A stretch of 64,000 nt of DNA from the human T2T-CHM13v2.0 reference genome, Homo sapiens. Shown here one piece after another: positions 38,122-50,445 of this stretch. The notes beneath the pieces are model-generated. The model was not told the origin of the DNA. It saw nothing but the letters and a program-made list of their open reading frames with translations, and ran no database searches. The translations under genes and the position numbers were made by a program. Where the stretch lies: assembly GCF_009914755.1 (NCBI RefSeq), contig NC_060934.1; one strand, 5' to 3'. Numbering within the stretch: the first letter of the stretch is position 1; each line of letters begins with the position of its first letter.

Positions 38122-38640
38122 CCATATGACACATTATCCCTTAAATTTAGTAACTTAAGGCAACAATTCTATTTTTTCTTATGATTTGGTGGGTCAGAAC
38201 CATGGGAAAGACTCAAGTGCACGGTTCTTAGCTGGGGTCTGTCATGCAATTGCAGTGAGGTATCAGCCAGGGCGGTTGTCATCTGAAGGCTGGACTGTGG
38301 CTCAGACACAGGCTGGGCATCTGATGCAGCCTGTTGGCTGGAGCTCAGCTGGGGCTGTTGACTGGAGCACCTACAGCAACCTCCCAGAAAGGTGCTCTCA
38401 AGGTCATTGGACTTATTACATGCTGCTAGCTTTTGCCCGAGCAAACATCTCAAGCATATCATGTATGGGATAAGGGCTGCACAGCTTTTTCTGACCTCCT
38501 ATTGGAAGACCTACAGTGTCACATCCAACATAATCTGTTGGTTGAAGCAGACACACATTCAGCCAGGGTCAAAGCAAAAAAAAAAAAAACAAAAAAAAAC
38601 ATAGATCCCTGCGTCCCAGTGGGAGAATTATCAAATAATT
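38122..38640 (-). mobile_element. Older MLT1 (F/G/H-like) LTR, antisense
   Basis: AAATTTAGTAACTTAAGGCAACAA...GGCTGGAGCTCAGCTGGGGCTGTTGACTGGAGCACCTACA. Confidence 0.7.
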
Positions 38641-39431
38641 TGGTACTTTTTAAGTAGTTGTGAAGAATATTATGTTATGCACTTTCCCAATTAAACTACA
38701 TGTTTTTTTAAGTGACCAACTTGACATTAGTGTGTGGAGATGTGTTCTTATGTCAACATGCCCGTAGAAATTCTGCTCACAGAATAATGAGGCATTGATA
38801 TCACTTCATTGATTACAAAGAACTCGAAAACTATGTTATCTCTATGATTCTCACTCCAACTCAGGGTTGTACAGATTATTCTGTTTCCCATGAACAGACA
38901 CTGAAGCTCAAAAAGTGCAATGACCTGCCTAGTGCTCCACGATGCCTGGTCTGTCTTGTCTATGAACCAACTTCCACTTCTACTCAGCGGAATTCCTTGC
39001 ACACTTTTGACTTAAGCTTTCGTCAAATGCTTGCTGTACAGAAACTGCCTGTAAGCACTGCATACCGGCACTGAAATAATCAGAGCCTGTTGTTATGAGC
39101 CATGGAAATTGTCCACTTGGGGCTGTTGGACTGGCAGGTGCTGCATCTTGATATGACACACGTGTCAGGTTGGGGGGTCAGTATTTGCTAATTACAATTC
39201 AGCTTTATGTAGGAGGCTTTGACGGTAAACATAAATTACTTTTCTCATGGATTAGCTTTAGAGAACATTTCAGTGACAGCCCTAGAGTCACTTTTCTACT
39301 GGGAGATGAACACTGAAGTAGAATTTACTAGCCTCACTCCTTTTTACACATACATCCACAAGTATTTTATTCCTGAAGGCTCAGTTACTTGTCCAGTTTT
39401 CGACCTGAGTTTCTGGGGGTTTTCTTTAAAG

Positions 39432-40120
39432 CTTTTTTTTTTTTAATAAAAATTATTATCTTTTATTGTGGTAACATACACCTAACACAAAATGTACTGT
39501 CTTATCGCCTTTAAGTGTACAGTTCAGGGGTATTTAATACATCCGCAGTGTTGTGTAACCACCGACACCCTCCCTCTGCATAACTCTTTTCACCTTGTAA
39601 AACTGAAATTCCATACCCATTAAACAGTAACTCCCCATTTCCTCTCCCCTGACAACCACCATCCTGCTTTCTGTCTCTATGACTTGACCATTCTAGGTAC
39701 CTCATATAAGCAGAATCATACAGCGTTTGTCTTTTTGTGATGGGTTTATTTTACTTAGTGGAATGTTCCCAAGATTCATCCATATTATTGCATATGTCAG
39801 AATTTCTTGTTTTCATGACTAAATAATATTCCACTGTGTATATATACCACATGTTGTTTATCCATTCATCTCTTGAAGGGCGTTTGGCTTGCTTCTACCT
39901 CTCTGCTATTGCGAACAATTCTGCTGTAGACTTATGTGCACCAATATCTCTTCAAGACCCTACTTTCGATTTTTTTGGATGTACACCCAGAAGTGGAATT
40001 GCTGCATCATATGATAAATCTATTTTTAATTTTTTGAGGAAACTCCATGCTGTTTTCTACAGTGGCTCTACTGTTGTTACATTTCCACCAACAGTGCACA
40101 GAGATCCAGCTTCAGCCCAT
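39432..40120 (-). mobile_element. L1MB-like 3' end
   Basis: Poly-T, TTTAAGTGTACAGTTCAG, CTAGGTACCTCATATAAG, ACCCAGAAGTGGAATTGCTG. Confidence 0.88.
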
Positions 40121-40121
40121 C

Positions 40122-40228
40122 CCTCTATAGACTTGAGTTTTAAGGAAAGATTGAAACATAAGGCAGCTGTTCGCCTGTCCTCTATAGACTTGAGTTTTAA
40201 GGAAAGATTGAAACATAAGGCAGCTGTT
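40122..40228 (+). repeat. Perfect 50-bp tandem duplication (period 57)
   Basis: CCTCTATAGACTTGAGTTTTAAGGAAAGATTGAAACATAAGGCAGCTGTT at 40122-40171 and 40179-40228. Confidence 0.97.
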
Positions 40229-40274
40229 AGCCAGTTCCTTGTCTTTCCTGACATCTTCTTTGCTGTTGTTGGCT

Positions 40275-40388
40275 TTTTGTTTTGTTTTGTTTATTGAGAT
40301 GGAGTCTCATTCTGTCACCCAAGCTGGAGTGCAGTGGCATGATCTCTGGTCACTGCAACCTCTGACTCCCGGGTTCAAGCGATTCTCT
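40275..40388 (-). mobile_element. Alu right-arm fragment
   Basis: GAGATGGAGTCTCATTCTGTCACCCAAGCTGGAGTGCAGTGG...GGGTTCAAGCGATTCTC, then breaks into an L1-like 3' fragment. Confidence 0.88.
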
Positions 40389-40499
40389 TATATATTTATG
40401 GGTTACATGAGAAAATTTGATAAAGGCATGTGAAGAGGACTAATCACATCAGGGGAAATGGGGTGGGTGGACTTCTGACACATAAAGAGTGTTCATTCA

Positions 40500-40870
<371 letters not shown>

Positions 40871-41151
40871 CTAAGGTTTCTAATCATTAGATCCTCAAGC
40901 TGTCCAGGCCACTGTGACGTTGTTTCTCTTTCTGAAGACCTCCCTTCCACCACAAGACAAGGAGGAGAAACAGCCGGCAGTGTGATTCCACCGTAATCCA
41001 TGAAGACCTTGATGCTGAAAAATACACTCAGGGATTCCATCATATGCCATCCCCATGTGCCTGTGGTCACAAAGTTTCTAGACATAGAAAGTCATAGCTC
41101 CCCACAGAAATTTGGGGACATCTGTAAACATACTGTAAAATAGCAGATTCC

Positions 41152-41520
<369 letters not shown>

Positions 41521-43619
41521 TCAATTCGGATCACTCTTTCATGCTCTCAGGGGTATACCCCATCTCATTCCAAATAGCCCCGCCTAGGAACATTCTAGAA
41601 TACCGGCACATCCTTATCTCACGTCATGGCTTCCTAACATCTTCACAGGGAGCGCCTATGCTCCTTTTGGAGTGAAGCGGGCTTTCCAGCACATTTATCT
41701 CCAGGATAAACGTAATCTAGAGCTCATTACGACCCCTTAGCAATATTGACTGCATATTTTGAAGCTAAATTTGTGGAGTATCATAGGGCCTGGCTGGGCT
41801 GGTTATCTCTGGCAGGCCTACCGCATGGAGGCCTGATGGAAGGGTTCAAAAAAAGATTTCAATCAGACTTAAGGCAAACACTTCAATTCACTCCATACTG
41901 GTGAACACTCTGCCCTCACGCTCATTGGAAGGCTGCTTGGATCTATCACTATTACTTCCTAATTGACTGGAATCTATTGAACTTGCAGCTTTGTTGACAG
42001 TGCACTAAGAAGTACTATTAATCACAACTACCTCCATTGGTGAACGCCATTTATCTCTGTCATCGTGCGTGCTTAAGAAACATCTTTGCACTGAGATGAT
42101 CCCAGGTCCAATCACAATGATCATTATCTGATGTCACCTTCAAAACGTGGCTCAGCCAGAGCAAAATCTGTAAGGACAACACCATGGTGACCAGTGGTCC
42201 AACCCACTATGGGGGAAGTAGAGAGTTGGACAAAAATGGTTTTGAGCTTTCAGAGGTGACAGGAGTTAAGTAAGTGAGTTTATGATGTAAGCACACTTGA
42301 ATGCTCCTTTAATCTTTAGAGCGGGGGCCACTGATCTTTGTTAATTTCCACAAAATCTCTGCAAAGCCGCGTTCTTCCTGGATTACTCAGAAAAGCCTTC
42401 CAGATGGTGACGGCCGGGCATCAGAGGCCACACCTTCAACTGGAGCTCCAACCCCACAGCGTCAGCACCTTTCTGTCGGGGAGAGAGTGTGACCGTGATG
42501 AGAACAACAGTGCTTCCACACGGTCTTCCCTTGCAGAAGGAGAACGTCAGACAGAGTTCTAGTTATACCTCGACATAGCTTTTCAGCTGAAAAATTCCAT
42601 TTTACCAGCTGAGCATGTGGCTTGGTCTGGGATATTTGGTCGCAAAACAAAACAAAACAAAACCTGCTCAAATCGTGTTAAAACAAGCAAACAAACTCGC
42701 TGAGAAGTTTATATTGGAAGATGCTGAATGTAAGGGCAGAAAGCAATGCTATCCCCAGAAGAGATCAGCGCCTGAGCCTGAGAAGTCATCCAGAGGGAGG
42801 CAGGGCCCTTCCTCAGATCCCACGGGGTCTGGGATCCTGCTGTCCTCTGCCTCCATGGGCAAAGACCACGATTTCTGTGACATGCCCCATCCAGGATCCC
42901 AGCTAGTGCTGATGAGGAAGGTCCCCTCGTGGAATAGTTACTAGTAAATTCATTGAGAGGAGCCCTGGCTTTATTCCATCCAGGTGTGTGCATGTGTGTA
43001 CACGCATGCCTATGTGTATGTGTACGTAAACACACATATGCGTACACTGGGCTTCCAGATTAGAATGTATTTTATTGCTGACGTTTATTTGACCATGATG
43101 CTCTGCCACTGTAATCAGGTTATTTTCTTGAGTGAGGCTCCAGTCTCTCCACGCAAATGGAAATAAAAGCAGCACCTTTCCTGCTGTGAGCCCACAAACC
43201 TCCTTCCACCCTCCGTCAGGCCGTGCAGAAGGCCGCCATCATTATTTCCTTCCTGTGAGTTAGAGGTCATTTCATTCCACATGTATTTCTAAAAAAATAA
43301 AAGGGTATGTTTTATATGTTTTAATCTTAGCTTTTCTTTGAGCTGAATAAGAAGGGGGCAGAGTTGTATGTGATCTGAAACTTCAGTGTTTCAGCAAATA
43401 TTATATGGTTAAGATTTAGATGGTTATTTCTGATGTTGAATGCCATATTTGTAATATTTCATCATTTGCAAAATGATTGCTAGATGATTACCCGTTTAGT
43501 AAGTTAAACCGGAAGTTCCCCCAGTGTCTACTATGTTAAATAGTTTTGTTTTCTTAAGTCATGAATGGAATTTCAATGTAATTAAAATGTTCAGTATCTA
43601 CTTGATAAAACAGCAATAT

Positions 43620-43904
43620 CTGGTGGGAAAATGATCCAATGCATACCAGTGACTCTTGAATCTCGGTCTCACGCTGAGCAGAAAAAGCCAGACACCAAAG
43701 ACAGGTGGGGTCCGATTGCACTGCGTGAACAGCTAGAGCAGGCCAAACTCATCTTTCGAGATAGAAACCCCATCAGGGCGTGCTGGAGGCAGAGCGGGAA
43801 GGGAGTCTGCACGCAGAGGCTCTGTGTTAGCAGAAGTGTTGGTTGCGGATTTGGGGATGGCCATTCAGGGGTAGGGGTATGCATTTCTTAAAATTCATCA
43901 CACT
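43620..43904 (+). mobile_element. Old L1 (L1ME-like) 3' UTR fragment
   Basis: GCTGAGCAGAAAAAGCCAGACACCAAAGA...AGGCCAAACT...AAAATTCATCA. Confidence 0.55.
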
Positions 43905-44235
43905 CGCTTCGGGAGGCTGTGGATCGCCTGAGGTCAGGAGTTCGAGACCAGCCTGACCAACATGGTGAAACCCTGTGTCTACTAAAAATACAAAATTAGC
44001 CCGGCGTGGTGGCAGACGCCTGTAATCCCAGCTACTTGGCAGGCTGAGGCCCGAGAATCACTTGAACCCGAGAGGAGGAGGTTGCAGTGAGCCAGATGGC
44101 ACCACTGCACACGGGAGGTTGCAGTGAGCCAGATGGCACCACTGCACTGCACTCGTCTGGGTGACAGAGGGAGACTCTGTCCAAAAAAAAAAAAAAAAAA
44201 AAAAAAAGAAGAAGAAGAAGAAAAGAAAAAGAAAA
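43905..44235 (+). mobile_element. 5'-truncated AluS with internal 34-bp duplication
   Basis: GGAGGTTGCAGTGAGCCAGATGGCACCACTGCAC at 44077-44110 and 44114-44147; long A tail. Confidence 0.93.
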
Positions 44236-47200
44236 TGCACATTTGTAAGATCCATTCTGATGCAGTCAGAGGTGGGGGGATATCATGGGAAGTCATCGGT
44301 CAGTGCCTTCAGGGGTCTTGTGGCCACCTCTGTCTCCTCTCTGTGTAGACGAGTGCCCGGTAGATTATGTTTGTGCTCGCTGACTTAATCCATGACTGAG
44401 TACAAACTTCACTTACTTTGAAACCTTCTAGTTTCTCAGCAAAATGAAAAAGTTACTTTTTCTCCTTGTGTGCTAGGCACATAAATTCTAATAACCTTTA
44501 TCTCTGGAAAGACAGATTTCCAGTATTGGCCATTTCAATTTATATTATTCATAGATGTTGGCCCTTAGCATTCCCACTTACAATAACCACAAATCCAGAC
44601 TCCATGCCTGCAAACTTATCTTATGGCGGAAAAGATCTTTTTAAGATAAAGACCAGATAACCAGACAACCGTAACAAAGCGAATTCCAAGCTAAGGAATT
44701 GTTGATTCTGGTTAACTGTGGACAGAGCCCAGCGGGAAGCTGACTTGAGTTCATGTTCTCCATAGATCTGGGGTCAACACGAGAATCCCTTTCCCATGAA
44801 ATGGTATAATAATTCCCTTTGAAATGTATTCTCTTAAATGCCACTGTGGGGAAATTTATTAAAAATTTATAGTATATATTAAATCAATAAGATATTTTTT
44901 CTCATGGCTATTCTTTAGGTAGACCTCAACGTGACATTCAAATCCTGTGCTAGATGGATGTGAATGTAATGGTTTTGTAAGTAGCTTCCTTCTTGACGGG
45001 TCACAAGGCAGTGTCCATGCACACCCCAAGTCAGGAGACACGCAGTCAGAGGTAGATTTAGTAACAGGACAGGAGAATGCGTGCTGACATGCAGATTACC
45101 TACTGCAGGGCCTTCCATTTCAAAGCATGATATAACCCCATATATTTAGGAAGATGACCAGCTCTGTGATTTTGTGATGCCTTCAGTATCTTTTGTATTT
45201 TATACAAATTGGCGTTATCTTTCATGAATTGCATGGGGAGTATCCAAGGGTGATATCTCTTCCTGAAGAATACCTGGACATCACTTAATTGTCAGCTTCA
45301 GAGACCGGCCTCTCTGACTCTCTCTTTCTGGGATTTGCAGTCAGAGAAGGTGGAGATGTAAACTGCTAAAATTACATGAACATATATGGGCCTCTTTTCC
45401 TCCCCACCCCACCCCCCCAAAAAAAAGCCATCTTTCTCTGAACACATCAAGTTATCACCACTTTTGATGTGAAGGGATCTGAACCCCTTCTGTGTATATC
45501 CACACTCCTGGTATGACATGATTGGAATTACTTCTTCATCTCCCATTTGACTAGCAGTTCTGTTTATTGATCTACATTTGGCCAATTAAAATAAACAGAA
45601 AGTTGGTGTGAATTAAAAATTACAAGACCCTTCGTCATGCCATTACTGAGACTTTAACAGATAAATACTGACATTTCAATAAAGAATCATACCATGTTGT
45701 AGGAATCACAGCATCATATATGGCTTTTTTTTCCTGCAGCCAGGCATGGCGTTGCTCCTCTTGGTATCAATACCATTTCTTTTGCTTGGGCCTTTGTTTA
45801 AAGAGGAGGAATGTGACACATTTTTATTTTAATCATACTTGGTTTCTGGGAAATTCAGCTATTCTTTTCTCCTCTTTATCAAAGTGATGATGTAAACATT
45901 ATCAGACTCACTAATTAGATAGTTGGCCAAACCTGTAAATAAAGCTAAAGTCACAGCCCTCTGATCTTCAAAGAGAAACAGTCTAGATGAAGAGAAAGGT
46001 GTTCTGTTGATAAAACACTGCCATGTAATTGGAGGCAAAATTAGATCACAATGGAGGCTCCTAACAGGCATGAAGATTAATCTTGTGTCTGTGACCCACT
46101 TGAGTTCTTCTTAATACCAACCTATATTAAGAAAGTCTTAACATCACTTGAAATCTCAAAGCACAGAGCTTTGGTTCATCTTTCCAACATTGATTTCATT
46201 TTTCTAGGTGAGATGTGAAGATTTTTAGGAATGAATGTGGGATGCGACAGGGTCCTTAGGTTTCCTGGGTGATGTTTTCAAGGTGCTCTCAACCTCTTTG
46301 TTTCACTAAGACTTCCAAGAGCAGTGCGGATGTCTAAGCAGGCAGTTTACCTGTGAGACAGCAGAGAATACACTGAGTCCGGGAAATTCAGTGACTTCTT
46401 TGGGGCCACTTGGCTGGTGAAGTACAGAATTTGAAGTTGGATCAATTAGATCTGCTAATTCTCCTTCTCTAAGTGGTGCATAGAACAAATATTTTAAAAA
46501 ATAGATTCTATTTGTCGCCGTGTATGAATAGAAGAAAAGATGATTCTATTGTTGCTTTTGTATATCGAAGGAGGAACTTTCTAAACTGTAAGCCTAACGA
46601 TGTCTCACACAGCAGTCTTTATTGACTACAAATCTATCCTGTGGTCCTGGGATCCAGGTTATAATTTTGTATTATTTAAATATTTTATATAAGAACAATA
46701 TCCAAAATGGCCATCCATTTTTTTATATTTAGATATTTTTGTATTTAGATATTTGCAAGTTTTTATATTTAGTTTTTTTGTAAATTTTACAATTCTGGAC
46801 TCTTGCAGAAACTGTCATTGTTCGCCTAAGCTGAAAATATTTTAAGAAGGAGTTTGAAATGCAGTTCCACAGACCTCATTCTTCTCCCCCAATAATATTT
46901 TCATAAGACATTTCCAATCTTTCAGAAGACAGTTTGGTTAAAACGTCAGTTATTTTTGTTTATGACCTCTGTTTAGGTACAAGCTGAGTATTTTATTCTT
47001 ATCTGCATGACAAGAATCTAGTAGAAATGGAGGATGAGGCTTATCTAAGGTAAAAAGCTTTAGTTTAAAAAAATGTTGATGACTGGCATATGTGTGTAAC
47101 ATTGATATTGGCCAGCTATAAAATAATTTAAATAGGCTGTATTATTTTATGCCTTTATGGCTGGATTCTATTACCATGCTGGTGTTCAATCTCTACCCGA

Positions 47201-48875
47201 CAGACAATCACTAGAGAAAGGAAATTTGATTCTGAGGCCCTCTAAACAGGGCCACTCCCTGCTTGCACAGTTGCCCCACGTCTGGAAGGATTTGAGCAAA
47301 GCCCAGGAGCAGATGCCCCAGCCGTGAGGTCATGAGGAAGCCTCTGGCCGCAGGGAGAGATAAAGTTGCAGGGTGTGTGGCAAAGGATTAGGAGAAACCT
47401 TGGAATTTGGACTGAGCAATTTGACTTCAGCAGACTTAACCTGAGGCGGCAGTGGGAGAATCAATTTGCCTTAAATAAAGTGTTTGAAGAATGCAGAGTG
47501 GATATGGTAGAAAAGGTGCAAACCACAGCGCCTTCTGGAATGGGATCAAGAAACTCCACTCCGTAAGGTGGGGAAACGGAGGCTGTTAAAAAACGTAAAG
47601 GCATAGAATAGAATCACACAGTGATAGGAAAATTATACCAAGTCACCACCCCTGAACCCGATCAGCCTATGTAAATGACTTTGTGCTAATAGGAGTTTCA
47701 GAGAAGGCTAAACTCCCAAACCTTTGCCTGACACCACCCTGGTGCTTAAGACCACCTTGGTGATGAGTCTGGGGTCCACGCGTGGCTCATAACACACGGT
47801 CTATAATGTGCTAGCTAAGCACAGAAACACACGCGTTCTGGGTGACTTGACGTTTTAATAAACATGTGATTCCCACACATGGGAATGCTCGGGCCTGGAA
47901 CTGACCCACAGGGATGCGTCCTCACAGCCTGGGGGAGCCACGGGGATTTGGCTCTGATTCTCATCTTCCCCCTCTTCATCCCTTGCCCTCCCACTCCTCC
48001 ATGACGTGGTGGCCACAGCTCCTGCCGGGCAGTGAGGCCGACTGCAGCTGACCGGTGACCGGCGTGGCTGGCTCAAGGCTTTGGCTCTGGTTACAAATAA
48101 ACTGGCCGCGAAGTTCTTCCATTTTCCTGTGTGCTCCTCTGTCTCCATGTGTGCGTTTATAGCTGGTTCCCACAGGGCTGCTTATCAACCCCAGCTTCTT
48201 CCAATCTCACGGCTGACGCGCAGGCTGTGGACCCCGATGGGGACGATATGGAGCCTTTTGCTGGCATCCCGGCAGTTTGGTGGTAGGAAGTACTTATGTG
48301 GGTATTTCTCAGTTTTCTCAGGTTTGGAAATTTCCAAACCTGAGACAGTGGGATTTCTTGTGATACTAGAATCTTTTGGAGGGTAGTGAGTGCTTTCTGG
48401 GATGGGGTCCCAGCCACGTGAGACAGGCTCACGGTTTCAAGCCATCCTGCAGATCGGCTCCAGGGTCGTGCCTTCACCCCAGACCTGCCTCCAGATAACA
48501 TTTCCCTGGGCCTCTGGTGTCCAAGAATCTGTTAAAAATCAGACTAAAACCGTTAGGTGCCATGACAAGACCTCCGGTACCACCAGGGCCCAGCGCGATT
48601 GATTTAAGAACACTTCAAACTCACTGCCGCCTTCTTAAAAAATAGGAAGAGAGAGTGAGTAATAGGGAGGGGAGAAAGGGGAGTTTGTCAGCCATCATAT
48701 GTCATAAGAGGATATTTTATTTTAAAAATATGTTGAAGCTGGCCATGGTGTGAGTTGACTGCTGAGGGAGTGAGGCTTTCTGTTAGAGAAAACTCTTATC
48801 CGTTCCTTAGGAAACGTGATGATAGGCTTGCTAATTTGCAAGTGATGTGAGGCTCCTCCCCGCTTCACTCCTCCC

Positions 48876-48876
<1 letters not shown>

Positions 48877-48912
<36 letters not shown>
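48877..48912 (+). repeat. (AC)18 microsatellite
   Basis: Perfect dinucleotide run. Confidence 0.97.
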
Positions 48913-48916
<4 letters not shown>

Positions 48917-49037
48917 TTTGTGGCCTCCATGGACGAGGTTGCAGTAAAAAAGAGAGAAATTTGTCACAGAAGAGATGTCAAGAAGACAGTGGGCTGGAAA
49001 GTGGGCCAGCCCTGAGAAGGAGAAGCACCCGCACAAT

Positions 49038-49171
49038 TGGAAACATTCTCGGGGGGCAGAGGGAAGGGGACTGGAAGCATTCTCGGGGGGCAGAGGGAAG
49101 GGGACTGGAAGCATTCTCGGGGGGCAGAGGGAAGGGGACCGGAAGCATTCTTCCGGGGTGAAGGGGAAGGA
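49038..49171 (+). repeat. 34-bp G-rich minisatellite, ~4 copies
   Basis: TGGAAGCATTCTCGGGGGGCAGAGGGAAGGGGAC at 49038, 49072, 49106; degenerate copy at 49140. Confidence 0.95.
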
Positions 49172-49734
49172 GCTGGCCTACTCAGGCGATGTAGCTACGT
49201 GGCAGTCTCATCTCCCTTTTGTGGATCAAGAAACAAACTCAGGCTTAGAAAGGCAAATGACTTCCCTGGGGACACAGGGCAGTGATTGGTGGCACAGGAA
49301 TTCAAGCCCGAGTCTGCATGCCTGTCCACATAGAGGCAGGCGTCAGGGCCGCAGGTGCTGCCGTATGGACATATGTTAACTTACGCTAACTTGCCTTTAG
49401 GACTCATCTTTGCTGTTATTTGCTTACGACAGAGCTGCTTCTATAATTATGACAGGATTCCCTGCCTTAGGAAAGGTGAGTCTGAGAGAGGAGAGAATCT
49501 GGAGTTATGCTGGCTCAATGAACACTCTTCATCTGATTCTTGAATTCCTTGCTCTTCATTCCTGACCAGGCTTATCTTCTGTTGGGAAATTCCAGCAACA
49601 GGGACCTTGTTTCAGAGCTACCGGACTGTAACATCTGGTAGCGATCCCTGAAAGAGTAATCGGGAGAAGCACTGGTTGGAGGGTTGAGGAGGGGGAACTC
49701 AACACCCCACCTCCAACCCCCAAAAGAAACCTCT

Positions 49735-50445
49735 GTGTGTGTGTTCCTGTATGTACGCGTGCGTGTGTTCCTGTATGTACGCGCACGTGCGTTCCTGTAT
49801 GTACGCGCGCGTGTGTTCCTGTATGTACGCGTGTGTGTTCCTGTATGTACGCGCGTGTGTGTTCCTGTATGTACATGTGTGTGTCTGTGGTCTCCGAGCG
49901 TGTCTGTGTGCTTCTGTGTCTCCATGTGTATATTTAGGTGTGTGTGACCCTGTGTATGTCTGCACTTGCACCTGTGCCCGTGTTCGCGTATGCTTCTGGG
50001 GGTGTGTATGTGCTCGTGTGCATGTGTGTATTCATGTCTGTGTGTACAGTACATGTGTGTCTGTGTGTGCTGGGTGTGTATGTGTGTATATGTACTGCTG
50101 TGTGTCTCTGTGTGTATGTTCATGTATATATGTGTGCATGTGTCTGTGTGTATGGCTGTGCATGAGCTTATGTGTGCGTGTCTTTGTGAGTGTGTAAGTG
50201 TATAGACGTGTGTCCATGTGTATGTATAAGGGTGTGTATATGTGTATCTGTGTGACTATGTATCTGCGTGTGCACATATGTGTCTGTGTGTCTGTGTGTG
50301 CATGTGTCTGTATACATGTGCATGGCCATATGTGTATCTGTGTATATTTGTGCCTGTATGTGTAGGTGTGTGTCTGTGTGAGACTCTGTGTGGGTACCTG
50401 TGTCTCTGTGTGTGTGTGACTGTGTGGGTCACTGTGTGTGTGCAT
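49735..50445 (+). repeat. ~24-bp minisatellite (6 copies) merging into a degenerate (TG)n tract
   Basis: GTTCCTGTATGTAC at 49743, 49767, 49791, 49815, 49837 and 49861; TG-rich to ~50445. Confidence 0.95.

Noticed and set aside
49743-49874. Repeat-spacer pattern resembling a CRISPR array
   Set aside because: Human DNA, 14-bp repeat, 8-10-nt mutually similar spacers, no cas genes; it is a minisatellite.
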